Shown: positions 31,638 through 42,250, numbered from the stretch's first letter. The stretch is 64,000 nt of DNA from Limnothrix sp. BL-A-16 (GCA_041937175.2 CP166615.1:960001-1024000), one strand, 5' to 3'. Translations and numbers: made by a program. Notes: generated from the letters alone by a model not told the origin.

Positions 31638-32279
31638 TCACTGAATGTAGCCTGTTTTGGCTTGTTGAGCGTAGCTGCGAATCACCGAATTTTGCGTGCT
31701 GGGATGCTTCAGCCACTTTTCCAAAATAGCCACTGCTTGTTTGTTATTCAGTGACCAATGCCCTAATCCGTGAATAGCAGAAACGATCGCATTGCCGTTT
31801 TTGCTATATAGGGCTTCGCTCATAACTTCTAACCCTGCTTGGATGACAGATGGGGCAGTATAACCAGGATGCAGCACAAAAAGATCCCAGAACATGTAGC
31901 ACAAATAAGATAGCCGATCACCCTCGGGGGTAGAACCAATCACCTGGATTGATTTATCTGAAACAAAGCAGTATCGATCGAAGTAATGGCGGTAAAGATA
32001 CTTGAGATTTTTAACCCCTTGAACAATTCTCGGCTCCGGTGATTCCAAGTAGCAGAGGGGAAAGTCACTACAACTATTTGAAAAAATGTAGTTCAGTCCA
32101 AAGCCAATTTGAGCCGGGGAAGCTTTTTGGTGAATTTCTGAATCGAGTAGCAATCGGTCAATGAAATCAAAGGCTTGATGGCGCGGCATTGTATATATTT
32201 CAGGACTCAGCTCTGTAAAAATTGGATTGGCCCTTGCGGGTTGTCCAAAGAGTTGATCGCGCCATTGTTGATAGTTCAT
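31638..32279 (-). CDS. Hypothetical protein (helical, HEAT-like C-terminus)
   Basis: 213-aa ORF from ATG 32279 in relatively AT-rich sequence; YMFWD and SAIHGLGH segments. Confidence 0.65.
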   Translation of the reverse strand: MNYQQWRDQLFGQPARANPIFTELSPEIYTMPRHQAFDFIDRLLLDSEIHQKASPAQIGFGLNYIFSNSCSDFPLCYLESPEPRIVQGVKNLKYLYRHYFDRYCFVSDKSIQVIGSTPEGDRLSYLCYMFWDLFVLHPGYTAPSVIQAGLEVMSEALYSKNGNAIVSAIHGLGHWSLNNKQAVAILEKWLKHPSTQNSVIRSYAQQAKTGYIQ

Positions 32280-32394
32280 CGGCTGAATTGGTCTTGAGCG
32301 ATGGGGTGGCGGCTTGATCGATTCTAGCCATTGCCCCCTGCGGACGGGCCGGGCGGTGGTAGGCTGTTGGCGATTTGTGCCGCAGGAACCCAAG

Positions 32395-33894
32395 ATGCGA
32401 TCGCCCATCTGGACATCTATTGCAAATTCGATTGCAAGCTGGTTTCGATCGATTCCCCGATCGCTCTGGTGGTCCGTGGGGATTTGGGCGATCGTCCTGT
32501 TGATTTGCAGCGTGGTGCGCCACGAGCTATTTCAATCGACGGCCTTTGACTTAGCGATTTATGACCAAGTGGCCTACCTGATGGGGCGCGGCGAAGTGCC
32601 GTTTTCCACCGTGTCGGATATGCACCACATGGGTAACCATGCGGCCTACAGTTTCTTTGCGGTGGGGCTGCTCTACGCGATTTTTCCCAGCATTTATTGG
32701 TTGTTTTTGGTGCAGGCGATCGGGCTGGCGGCGGGGGCGATCCCGGCCTGGGCCTTGGCGAAACAGGCGGGGCTGAATCCGGGTCAATCCCTGGCGATCG
32801 CCTGGGCCTATTTGCTCTATCCCGTGGTGTTTAACGTCAATTTGTTTGACTTTCACCCGGAGGTGATGGGGATCGCGGGGCTGCTGGGGGCGATTTGGCT
32901 GGGGCGCGCGAACCGGCCGATCGCCCTGGCCCTAGTGCTGGTGTGGGTGATGGGCTGCAAGGCGGTGCTGTCGATTACGGTGGCGGCCATGGGCGCTTGG
33001 TTGTTGCTGCTCGATCGCAAACGCTGGCCCGGACTGGTGGCGCTGGGGATGGGGATCGGGTGGTTTGTGGTGGTGAACCAAGCGGTGATCCCCGCCTTTA
33101 ACCACGGCCTCAGCCACGATGCGATCGGGCGCTATGCCTATTTGGGTTCCAGTGTTTCAGAAGCAGCGTTGAATCTGTTCCTGAAGCCGCAATTGGTTCT
33201 GGGGAAACTGTTCTCGGGCGACACGCTGATCTATTTATTGTTGATCTTGGGGCCGTTGTTGCCTTGGTTTGGAGGTGGGCGGCTGCGGGCCTGGGCGGCT
33301 GCGGCTCCGGCGATCGGGTTAAATGCCCTGTCCACGGTGGCCGAGCAGCGGGATTTGGTGCATCAATATTCCCTGCCGATTTTGCCGTTTTTGCTGGTGG
33401 CGGCGATCGACAGTTTGGCGCGGGGCCGCTGGGATTGGCTCGATCGCTTGGGATCCATGGGCGATCGGCTTCGGGGCTGGATCGCCAGCGGGCGGGCCAT
33501 TTGGGTTTGGTCGCTGATTGGCTTTTTGGCCTTGGCCAAATTTGGCTATTTTGGCTCCATCTATTTGGCGGAGTTGGATACCTGGGCCGACAGTCGCGCC
33601 GCGATCGCCTTGATCCAAACTCAGGAGCGATCGATCCCCGCCAACCAACGGGGCGGCATCCTCACCACCGCTGATTTGGGCCCCCACCTCAGCCACCGCA
33701 CCATGCTGCGCCAAACGATCGCCACCGCGCCACCGCCCAACTGGGCCGAATACGATTGGGTGTTGCTGAACCTGAAACATCCGGGCTGGGGCAGCACCCA
33801 TGAGTTTGCTAAATCATTAGATCAACAATTGCGATCGAATCCGGCCTACAAAATCGCTTTCGATCGCGGTGGGATCGTCCTCTTTCAGCGCTAG
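32395..33894 (+). CDS. DUF2079 family membrane protein (GT-C-like)
   Basis: STAFDLAIYDQ, HHMGNH, NVNLFDFHPE, GRYAYLG, HQYSLP; many TM helices. Confidence 0.85.
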   Translation: MRSPIWTSIANSIASWFRSIPRSLWWSVGIWAIVLLICSVVRHELFQSTAFDLAIYDQVAYLMGRGEVPFSTVSDMHHMGNHAAYSFFAVGLLYAIFPSIYWLFLVQAIGLAAGAIPAWALAKQAGLNPGQSLAIAWAYLLYPVVFNVNLFDFHPEVMGIAGLLGAIWLGRANRPIALALVLVWVMGCKAVLSITVAAMGAWLLLLDRKRWPGLVALGMGIGWFVVVNQAVIPAFNHGLSHDAIGRYAYLGSSVSEAALNLFLKPQLVLGKLFSGDTLIYLLLILGPLLPWFGGGRLRAWAAAAPAIGLNALSTVAEQRDLVHQYSLPILPFLLVAAIDSLARGRWDWLDRLGSMGDRLRGWIASGRAIWVWSLIGFLALAKFGYFGSIYLAELDTWADSRAAIALIQTQERSIPANQRGGILTTADLGPHLSHRTMLRQTIATAPPPNWAEYDWVLLNLKHPGWGSTHEFAKSLDQQLRSNPAYKIAFDRGGIVLFQR

Positions 33895-34002
33895 CCTAGT
33901 ACGAGCGCATCGCAAGTCAGCATTCATTTCTGTGATTTTCGCGGGCGATCGCACCCTTTTCCATCCCCCTCGCCTTTTGGCAACCAAGGATAAGACGGCA
34001 AC

Positions 34003-35967
34003 ATGCAGCGACTGATTGGGTTGTGGCAACGGTTTGGACAGGTGACTTTGGGGCTGGGGGTTGTTGTGGCGGGCGCAACCCTGGCCGCGTTCGATCGCCC
34101 CGATGCCATCAACTCGCAGTTGCCGCCGCCGGACGATCTTCAGCCCCTCAATGTCACCCCTGGGCCCGCCAAGGACTTGGCCAACGAACTGCGAATCACG
34201 GCTTCCTTTGGCAGCAATGGCCGGCCCGTGTTGTCACCCCTGCCCCAGGCTCAGGAGGTTTGGCAATGCGAAGTGGTGGTGGTGGGCGGATCCTTAGGGG
34301 GTGTGGGGGCCGCCGTTCATGCCATGCAATCGGGCGCACGAACCTGTGTGATTGAGGTGTCGCCCTGGATTGGGGGGCAAATTAGCACCCAAGGCGTGTC
34401 CGCGATCGATGAATCGGCGGACATGATTTTGGCCGGGAACCTCTCGGAAAGCTGGAAAGCCTTTAAATCGCGCATCTATCGCCAACCGGTGAAGATTCCA
34501 CGCTGGGCCGATCGCAACCAACCGATCAAAACCGTGCGCGAGGTGGATAGCTGCTGGGTTGGTTCCCTATGCTTTCCCGCTGCGGCCGGCGATGTAGCCG
34601 CGCGGGAAGCGTTGGCCGCGGCTGCCCAATTGGCTCCCGGCAGCCGCTGGAGCAGTGCCACGGCCTTCAAGGGCGCAGCTTTTGATGCAACAGGCCACAA
34701 CATTACGGCGATCTACGCAGTGCGGCGAACGCCTCGGGCGGACTATGTGCCCTCGGGTCGCTTGTCTCAGGAATTGCCGGCCTGGTATTCCTGGAACAGT
34801 GACGACACCTTTCGGAAAACACCCATTCGCCTAGAACCAGTGCCGGGCAAGCGATTCACGGTGATTGATGCCACGGATACCGGTGAGCTGGTGGCCTGGG
34901 CCCGTGTGCCACATCGGTTGGGATCCGAGTCGCGCCGCACCTTGGGTGAGCCGAATGCGGCCAATTGGGACAACCCCCAATGCACCCAGGCCTTTACCTT
35001 TCCCTTTGTGGTGGCGATCGCCAATGATGAGGGTCGCAGCCTCAAGCAACTGGGCCAACTGCAACCCACTTTCCCCAAGCACGAACACCAGCGCACCTTT
35101 TCCCTCTGGGGCTTTCCAGCGTTTCTCGATCGCAGCTTTTTCAAGTATCGGCGGATCGTGAGTATGCGGCTGGATAACCGAATCACCGGCAAGCCCAGCC
35201 CCGGGGACATGGCCATGATCAATTGGGGCTATGGCAACAACTGGAACCTGATGAACCCGCCTTTGATCCTGACGGGCGATCGGCTAATGGATACGGATCA
35301 GTACCGCAACTGGATGGGCGGCGTTTCCACGGAAGCCTTACATCACGGTGAGGAGCGGGCGCTCATTTTTTCAGAATGGGTGCTGAAAACCCTGGCCACC
35401 AAAGAATTTCCATTGATGCACTTGGCGGGGCCCAATACGCCCATGGGGACGCGATCGGGCTTGAGCCTGATGCCCTATATCCGCGAAGGGCGACGCATTT
35501 TGGGCCGCAGTGCCTATCGCCAAAATGCCTTCATGATTCGGGAAAACGACGTGCATCGGGGCATTGAGAATATGCGCGACTTTTCCGCCACCTCGATCTC
35601 CATGGTCCATTACGACATCGATATCCAGGGCTGTGCCTATCGCAACTGGGAAGACCCCGGCGAGGCCACCAACGCCAGCGCGGACATTGCCCATGTGCGC
35701 CCGGTGGCTGTCCCGATCGAGGCGCTCATTCCTCGGGGTGTGGATAATTTGTTGATTGGTGGCAAGGCGATCGCCGTTTCCCACATCGTGAACGGAGTCA
35801 CCCGCATTCACTACAGCGAATGGAGTTCAGGGGCTGCTGCTGGTTCGATCGCCGGTTGGTTGCAACGACAACCCAAGAATTTAATTGCGGCCGAAATTGT
35901 GCCCCAAAATCGGTTTTCCTTGGTGCGCGAACATATGAAAGCCCAAGGATTGCGCTGGTGGTGGTAA
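34003..35967 (+). CDS. FAD-dependent oxidoreductase (exported or membrane-anchored)
   Basis: N-terminal hydrophobic segment; EVVVVGGSLGG, IGGQISTQGVSAIDE, IDATDTGEL, PYIREGRR, NLLIGGK. Confidence 0.82.
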   Translation: MQRLIGLWQRFGQVTLGLGVVVAGATLAAFDRPDAINSQLPPPDDLQPLNVTPGPAKDLANELRITASFGSNGRPVLSPLPQAQEVWQCEVVVVGGSLGGVGAAVHAMQSGARTCVIEVSPWIGGQISTQGVSAIDESADMILAGNLSESWKAFKSRIYRQPVKIPRWADRNQPIKTVREVDSCWVGSLCFPAAAGDVAAREALAAAAQLAPGSRWSSATAFKGAAFDATGHNITAIYAVRRTPRADYVPSGRLSQELPAWYSWNSDDTFRKTPIRLEPVPGKRFTVIDATDTGELVAWARVPHRLGSESRRTLGEPNAANWDNPQCTQAFTFPFVVAIANDEGRSLKQLGQLQPTFPKHEHQRTFSLWGFPAFLDRSFFKYRRIVSMRLDNRITGKPSPGDMAMINWGYGNNWNLMNPPLILTGDRLMDTDQYRNWMGGVSTEALHHGEERALIFSEWVLKTLATKEFPLMHLAGPNTPMGTRSGLSLMPYIREGRRILGRSAYRQNAFMIRENDVHRGIENMRDFSATSISMVHYDIDIQGCAYRNWEDPGEATNASADIAHVRPVAVPIEALIPRGVDNLLIGGKAIAVSHIVNGVTRIHYSEWSSGAAAGSIAGWLQRQPKNLIAAEIVPQNRFSLVREHMKAQGLRWWW

Positions 35968-35982
35968 GCACAAAACAGCGCC

Positions 35983-37410
35983 TTAGGACGTGAATGAGCC
36001 TTGGGGTGGTGTCACGGGAATACGAATCAGAAAAGTAGTGCCCTCACCGGGTTCAGAGGTACAAATCAGCTCGCCCTGATGGCGATCGACAATGATTTGA
36101 TAGCTGACGGAAAGGCCTAAACCCGTGCCTTTCCCGATCGGTTTGGTGGTGAAAAAGGGGTCAAAAATATGCTCCATCGTTTTGGAATTCATGCCCAAAC
36201 CACTGTCCGTAATTTGCACTTCGACCCAATCTTGATCACTTAGGCATGTGCTGATCTGAATACTGTAGGGAATTGCATCGCTAGAACGAGGATGCATCAA
36301 TCCCTGCTTGAGCTGCTGGTGATAGTCCTCGATCGCATCAACCGCATTCACCAAAATATTCATAAACACCTGGTTCATATTGCCCGAATAGCACATCACG
36401 CTGGGCAGCGAACCATATTGCCGCAAGACCTGAATTTCAGGGCGATCGCCGTGGGCTTTCAAACGATGACCCAAAATAGTCAGCGCACTGTCTAAGCCAT
36501 CATGCAGGTTTGCCAATTTCAGCTCTGCTTCATCCAATCGTGAAAACGTGCGCAATGACTTCACGATTCCACAAATCCGGTGAGTACCCAACTTCATGGA
36601 ATTCAAAATATCTAAGAGGTCGGATTCCATGAAATCCAAGTCAATTTCTGCAATTTTGGCAGCAATTTCTGGCGTTGGCTGGGGATAGCTTCTGCGATAT
36701 AGCTCCACCAATTGCACCAGTTCTTTCGTGTAGGTTTGGGCAGGACTGATATTCGCCGCAATGAAATTCAAGGGGTTATTAATTTCATGGGCAACGCCGG
36801 CCACCATTTGTCCCAAGCTCGACATTTTTTCCTGTTGCACGATTTGTGCTTGGGCTGCCTTCAAATCCGCCAGGGCTTTTTGCAATTCCTCGTTCCGTTG
36901 CCGCAGGGCCAATTCTGACGCTTGCAGGGCTTCTTCAATGCGCTTGCGATCGGTAATATCCGTGCGCACTGACAAATAGCGCACGGGTTTTCCTCGCTGG
37001 CTCACGATTGGCACAATAATCGTATACACCCAATATTCAGAGCCATCTTTAGCGCGATTTTTAATTTCGCCGCGCCAAATCTTTCCCCGTGAAATGGTTT
37101 GCCACAGCTCCGCGAAAAATTCCGCAGAGTGATGACCCGAGTTCAGAATTCGATGATTCTGCCCCATCAACTCCGAGAGTTCATATTTTGAGAGCTTGCA
37201 AAAATAGTCATTAGCATAGATGATTTGACCCTTGTGATCGGTAATGGCCACGATCGCCGTTCGATCGATCGCATATTCCCAATCGCCCAACCAAGCGTCA
37301 AAGGTTTTATCATCCCCTTCTGTTTTTCCACCCAGGTTGTTGGCATTTTGGAGATCATGAAATGCATTTGCATTGATATTAAACGCAGCAGCATTATTAT
37401 TAGTAACCAT
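35983..37410 (-). CDS. PAS-domain sensor histidine kinase (orphan)
   Basis: Aer/NifL-like PAS (YANDYFC...NHRIL.SG.H...W...WRGEIKNRAKDGSEYWV); EKMSSLGQMVAGVAHEINNP; NILVNAVDA; FFTTKPIGKGTGLGL. ATG at 37410; the longer ORF only runs into the MITE. Confidence 0.9.
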   Translation of the reverse strand: MVTNNNAAAFNINANAFHDLQNANNLGGKTEGDDKTFDAWLGDWEYAIDRTAIVAITDHKGQIIYANDYFCKLSKYELSELMGQNHRILNSGHHSAEFFAELWQTISRGKIWRGEIKNRAKDGSEYWVYTIIVPIVSQRGKPVRYLSVRTDITDRKRIEEALQASELALRQRNEELQKALADLKAAQAQIVQQEKMSSLGQMVAGVAHEINNPLNFIAANISPAQTYTKELVQLVELYRRSYPQPTPEIAAKIAEIDLDFMESDLLDILNSMKLGTHRICGIVKSLRTFSRLDEAELKLANLHDGLDSALTILGHRLKAHGDRPEIQVLRQYGSLPSVMCYSGNMNQVFMNILVNAVDAIEDYHQQLKQGLMHPRSSDAIPYSIQISTCLSDQDWVEVQITDSGLGMNSKTMEHIFDPFFTTKPIGKGTGLGLSVSYQIIVDRHQGELICTSEPGEGTTFLIRIPVTPPQGSFTS

Positions 37411-37492
37411 GACTGGTTCCTGAGAGCAGGGAGAATGAATATCCAATGACTGAGCCTCGTTTTTAGGAAAGAGAGTGCAGAATAGGTGATGA

Positions 37493-37622
37493 GAGGATGT
37501 CTGAAAAGCCAAAATTGCTACTCTGTACGCCCCAGTTATCGACTTAGACAAGGGGCTTAAGCCCCTTGTCCCCACGACTATTGGTGCTTGCCCGTACTAA
37601 AGAATACTTTTTAAACATCCTC
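37493..37622 (+). mobile_element. 130-bp MITE, copy 2
   Basis: TIRs GAGGATGTCTGAAAAG ... CTTTTTAAACATCCTC, TGA duplication at 37490-92 and 37623-25; internal 24-bp palindrome at 37547-70. Confidence 0.85.
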
Positions 37623-37629
37623 TGAGCAG

Positions 37630-37691
37630 TGTAATTAATGCTACAAGGCAGGTCTTGATAGTGTTCGCACGATGTAATTAATGCTACAAGG
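37630..37691. promoter_or_regulatory. Two identical NtcA-type boxes (TGTA-N8-TACA), 43 bp apart
   Basis: tGTAattaatgcTACaagg at 37630-48 and 37673-91, upstream of the PAS kinase. Confidence 0.6.
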
Positions 37692-37964
37692 TAAATATTG
37701 ATAGAATTGGATAGATGTGCTGAAAGGGCTTGAACTGACTGTATTGGATGAAAACGATGAATGCTGATTATTTTAATGAACAATTAATAGAAAATCATAC
37801 TGACTTTTTCTATGAATATTTCTTGTCCTATTTGAACTTTGTTTAAACCTTTGGTTTCAAATTTGGATTCTATTTCCATAGACATAAACCGACAAAACAC
37901 CGCCAAACCTTGCGATCGGGCGGTGTTCGGATTGGGAAGATCTTCAAGAGATCATTGGAATCAG

Positions 37965-40553
37965 CTAGGTATTGTTGCTGACTTTCAGCCCGGCGTTGGA
38001 TTGGGAATAGGTTTCCAGGGACACGGGCACGGGCGACACATGCCAAATGTCGCGGCAATATTCCCGAATGGTGCGATCGCTGGAGAAGCGACCCATCCGC
38101 ACGGAATTGAGAATTGAGGATTTTGTCCACCATTCCCGATCGCGATAGGCCCGATCGACCTTGCTTTGGGCTTCAGCATAAGCACGGTAGTCCGCCAAGA
38201 CCATGTACTCATCCCGATAGAGCAGGGCATCAAGCAGGGGGCGGAACAACTCCCGATCGCCCCGGCTGAACTGTCCCTCAGCGATCGCATTCAAGACCCC
38301 TTGAATTTCCGGATCACCGTAGTAGTAGCCCATGGGATCGTAGCCTTCGACCTTGAGGGCCACCACTTCCGCTTCCGTTAGCCCAAACAGGAAGAAATTG
38401 TCGGGTCCCACGGCTTCGCGAATCTCGATGTTTGCCCCATCCAACGTCCCGATCGTCAGGGCCCCGTTGAGCGCAAACTTCATATTTCCCGTGCCGGAGG
38501 CTTCCTTGCCCGCCGTAGAAATTTGCTCCGACAGATCCGCCGCCGGATAGATGCGCTGGCCCAAGGATACGGAATAGTTGGCCACGAAGGCCACTTGCAG
38601 CCGCCGGGCGATCGCGGTGTCGTTGTTCACCACCTCCGCCACACCGTTGATCAACCGGATGATCAGCTTGGCCAGGTAATAGCCAGGGGCTGCCTTGCCC
38701 GCAAAGATAAACACCCGAGGATGTAGATCTAGGTTGGGATTTTCCTTGAGCTGTTGATAGAGCGAGATCACGTACAAAATGTCCAGCAGTTGCCGTTTGT
38801 ACTCGTGAATCCGCTTCACCTGGATATCGAAAATGGCTCGGGGATCCACTTCCAAATCGTTGTACAGCATCAGGTAGTCCGCTAGTTCCCGCTTGTTGGC
38901 CTGTTTGATTTCAGCCCAGCGGTGTCGGAATTCGGGATCATTCGCCAACGGCTCCAGAGATTGCAACAACTCCAGATCCTTGACCCAGCGATCGTCCCCA
39001 ATTTTTTCCGTAAACAGCTTGGATAGCCGAGGATTGGCCAACAGCAGCCAACGGCGGGGCGTTACGCCATTGGTTTTGTTCTGGAACTTTTCGGGCCAGA
39101 AGGTGTAGAAGTCGTTGAGGACGTGCTTTTGCAGCAAGTCCGTGTGCAAGGCCGCAACCCCATTGATCGCATGGCTGCCAACGCAGGCCAGATGGGCCAT
39201 CCGCACCATCCGCTCTGGATTTTCTTGAATCAAAGACATCCGACCGGCGCGGGCTTCGTCGTGGGGATATTGCAGCCGCACTTCGTCCAAAAAGCGCTGG
39301 TTGATTTCGTAGATGATTTCCAAGTGGCGGGGCAAGAGCCGCTCAAACAGGTTGACGGGCCAGCGTTCCAGGGCTTCCATCAACAGGGTGTGATTGGTGT
39401 AGGCCAAACATTGGCGGGTGACGTGCCAAGCGCGGTTCCAGCCCAAATCGTAGCGATCGATCAGCAACCGCATCAGTTCGGCTACGGCGATCGCGGGGTG
39501 GGTGTCGTTGAGCTGAATGGCGATGCTTTCGTGCAGGTATTCCAACCCCCGCCGCCGATCTCGCCGGTAGCGGTTGATTGCGTCTTGCAGGGAGCAGCTC
39601 ACGAAGAAGTATTGCTGCTCAAAGCGCAGTTGCTTCCCTTGGGCCGTGTTGTCGTTGGGGTAAAGCACCTTGGAGATGTTTTCCGACAAGATTTGGTCGG
39701 CCACGGCTCCGGTGTAGTCACCCCGATCGAACACTTGGAAATTAAACTCTTCACTGGCGCTGGCTTTCCACAGGCGCAGGGTGCTGACGGTGTTGTTGTT
39801 GTACCCCGCGATCGGCACATCGTGGGGTGTACCCAAAATGCGTCGGGCCGGAACCCAGCGACAACGACCATGGCCATGCTCGTCCACGTACTGTTCCGTG
39901 TGCCCCCCAAAGCCCACTTCCACGGTCAATTCCGGGTGACGAATTTCCCAGGGATTGCCGAACCGCAGCCATTTATCGGGCCGCTCCACTTGGGCCCCAT
40001 CTTCGATCCGCTGATCAAAGATGCCAAATTCGTAGCGGATGCCGTAGCCGATCGCCGGAATCTCTAAGGTGGCTAGCGAGTCCAAAAAGCAAGCCGCCAG
40101 CCGACCCAAACCGCCGTTGCCAAGCCCCGGTTCTGGCTCCAATTCCAACAGGTGATTGAAGTCTAAGCCAGCTTCCGTCACCACCTGCTTGGCTTTTTCA
40201 TACATCCCCAGGTTGAGCATGGTCTTGCCCAACTGTCGCCCCAGCAAAAATTCCGCTGACAGGTAACAGACCGTTTTCACGTCCTGTTGCATGTAGGTGG
40301 TGTTGCTGGCGATCCAGCGGTGTAACAGGCGATCGCGCACCGTGTAGGCCAGCGCCATGTAGTAGTCAAAGGGCGTGGCGGTGAGTTCGTTTTTGCCTTG
40401 GATGTAGTACAGGTTGTCGGCAAAGGCGCGCCGCAACGTGTCAGGGGCCATCCCGGTGCGATCGTCCTCCACGTGAACGGTAATCGGGCAGTAGTTTCCC
40501 TGAATGTCAAATGATTCCGTGTAATTCGAGAGCGGTTGTCCGGTAGAGGTCAT
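37965..40553 (-). CDS. glgP: Glycogen phosphorylase
   Basis: GLGNGGLGRLAACFLDS, QLNDTHP, YTNHTL, KTNGVTPRRW, KRIHEYKRQ, EASGTGNMKF (PLP Lys), TLDGAN. ATG at 40553 inferred. Confidence 0.97.
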   Translation of the reverse strand: MTSTGQPLSNYTESFDIQGNYCPITVHVEDDRTGMAPDTLRRAFADNLYYIQGKNELTATPFDYYMALAYTVRDRLLHRWIASNTTYMQQDVKTVCYLSAEFLLGRQLGKTMLNLGMYEKAKQVVTEAGLDFNHLLELEPEPGLGNGGLGRLAACFLDSLATLEIPAIGYGIRYEFGIFDQRIEDGAQVERPDKWLRFGNPWEIRHPELTVEVGFGGHTEQYVDEHGHGRCRWVPARRILGTPHDVPIAGYNNNTVSTLRLWKASASEEFNFQVFDRGDYTGAVADQILSENISKVLYPNDNTAQGKQLRFEQQYFFVSCSLQDAINRYRRDRRRGLEYLHESIAIQLNDTHPAIAVAELMRLLIDRYDLGWNRAWHVTRQCLAYTNHTLLMEALERWPVNLFERLLPRHLEIIYEINQRFLDEVRLQYPHDEARAGRMSLIQENPERMVRMAHLACVGSHAINGVAALHTDLLQKHVLNDFYTFWPEKFQNKTNGVTPRRWLLLANPRLSKLFTEKIGDDRWVKDLELLQSLEPLANDPEFRHRWAEIKQANKRELADYLMLYNDLEVDPRAIFDIQVKRIHEYKRQLLDILYVISLYQQLKENPNLDLHPRVFIFAGKAAPGYYLAKLIIRLINGVAEVVNNDTAIARRLQVAFVANYSVSLGQRIYPAADLSEQISTAGKEASGTGNMKFALNGALTIGTLDGANIEIREAVGPDNFFLFGLTEAEVVALKVEGYDPMGYYYGDPEIQGVLNAIAEGQFSRGDRELFRPLLDALLYRDEYMVLADYRAYAEAQSKVDRAYRDREWWTKSSILNSVRMGRFSSDRTIREYCRDIWHVSPVPVSLETYSQSNAGLKVSNNT

Positions 40554-41261
40554 AGGGGCGGCGGTGGGTAAAGAAATCAGGTGAGAGGCCGAACGGCCGT
40601 GGGGGCCAAGGGGACGATCGGGCGTGGACAGGGAGCCGGAACCGGCCCTGGCGCTGCCCAAGGTTCAAGGGAAAATACACTTGATCCCGATCGTAGCGAT
40701 CCCCACCGGATATCCAAACTGCCTATCAACTCAATCAACCAGTGCAGTGAATCAAACCTTTGGGGTATCAACCTTCGGAAATCTCAATCTGCGGAAATCT
40801 CAATCGTGGTGATCGGGTGTGGCGATCGGGGTTCCCAATCGAGGCCCGGATTAACCAGGGCGATCGAACAGGGCGATCGGGTTGGAGGAGTCACTGGCGC
40901 TGGCTGACTGTTTTCTAACTGGATTGATGTTGTCTAATTGAGTTAGTTGATTGTGGCCAGTGGAACCCATCACCCCAAACCGGGTCTAGGGGAAAGTAAC
41001 ACCCAAAAGCCGGGTCTGGGAAACTCAATGGTGCGTGGGGAGCAGTTGATAACTGAAGTTATTGGCTTGGGTTATGACCCCACTCCTCAAACAAGTGATG
41101 CGGATCAGGCCTTGGGATGCACTCTAACCTCGTCTTGCTTGGAAAACTAGAGCTGTGGTCAGCTCTGGCAGTCCGCAGGGAGTCAGCGGTGGATCATCCT
41201 CAGGTTGAGTCCTAGTCTAGCCGAGTCATTTTCGTCGCTTCCGTCGTGTCTAGAAGTTTTA

Positions 41262-41939
41262 ATGGTGTCTGGAAATTTTGACTTTGAAGAGGCGATCGCC
41301 TTCGCAGAAAACCCAGAGCCGCGCTGCCCTTGCGTGCTGCTGCTGGATGTCTCAACCTCCATGCAGGGCGCGCCTTTAACCGCTCTGGAAACTGGCTTGC
41401 AAGCTTTCCAGGCTGATCTCAACGGCGACTCCCTAGCAGCCAAACGGGTGGAAGTGGCGATCGCAACCTTTGCCGATCGGGTGGAAGTGCTTCAAGACTT
41501 TGTGACGGCCGATAGTTTTGAAGCGCCTCGGCTCCGAGCCGGCGGCATGACCTACATGGGAGCTGCAATCCACGCGGCCTTAGACTTGCTGCGCGATCGT
41601 AAAGCCCAGTATCGCAGCAATGGCGTGGCTTACTACCGTCCTTGGATTTTCTTAATTACTGACGGTGCGCCCAGTGATGATGCGGAAGTGCTCGGAGCCG
41701 CTGCCACCCGAATTCGCGACGAAGAAGCCCGTAAATCACTCGCCTTTTTTGCCGTGGGTGTCGAAGGTGCAGATATGGAGCGACTGGGATCCCTCACGGT
41801 GCGATCGCCCCTGAAGCTCAAAGGTCTCAGTTTCCAAGAACTGTTCCTCTGGCTTTCGGCCAGTATGCAGCAAGTGTCTCGATCGCGCCCCGGCGAACAA
41901 GTTCCCCTCCCTTCCCCCACGGGTTGGAGCGAAGTGTAG
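41262..41939 (+). CDS. TerY/YegL-like vWA domain protein
   Basis: CPCVLLLDVSTSM (MIDAS DxSxS), GGMTYMG, YYRPWIFLITDGAP, LFLWLSASM. Confidence 0.88.
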   Translation: MVSGNFDFEEAIAFAENPEPRCPCVLLLDVSTSMQGAPLTALETGLQAFQADLNGDSLAAKRVEVAIATFADRVEVLQDFVTADSFEAPRLRAGGMTYMGAAIHAALDLLRDRKAQYRSNGVAYYRPWIFLITDGAPSDDAEVLGAAATRIRDEEARKSLAFFAVGVEGADMERLGSLTVRSPLKLKGLSFQELFLWLSASMQQVSRSRPGEQVPLPSPTGWSEV

Positions 41940-41963
41940 CGATCCCAAATTGGGCAGATCAGT

Positions 41964-42059
41964 ACTGTTCAATCCTGGTCAATCCTGACTGTTCAATCCT
42001 GTTTAGCTGATCAATGCTGTTCAATCCTGACTGCTCAATCCTATTTAGCTGATCAATCC
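41964..42059. repeat. Degenerate short tandem repeat tract
   Basis: Repeated ctgttcaatcctg and tttagctgatcaat modules. Confidence 0.7.
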
Positions 42060-42172
42060 GGGTTGTTGAATCTGGCTGCTCAATTCAGATTGCCAACTGC
42101 AAAATCAGTGATCGGGTCTGGGATCGCTGATCCCAGAGCATCAAAACCAGACTCCAACCAAGTCTCAAAGCG

Positions 42173-42214
42173 AATGGGGGGCGATGCCAAGTTCATGGCA
42201 TCACCCCCCATTTT
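42173..42214. terminator. Probable terminator between convergent vWA and PEP-CTERM genes
   Basis: AATGGGGGGCGATGCCA / TGGCATCACCCCCCATT inverted repeat with one mismatch, followed by TT. Confidence 0.7.
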
Positions 42215-42250
42215 CCAGCTCAATTTTCAAGAGCGCCTTTCTGAGGCAAA

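Noticed and set aside
37411..37575. N-terminal extension of the PAS kinase in the ORF track
   Set aside because: It begins inside the MITE; ATG 37410 is the more plausible start.
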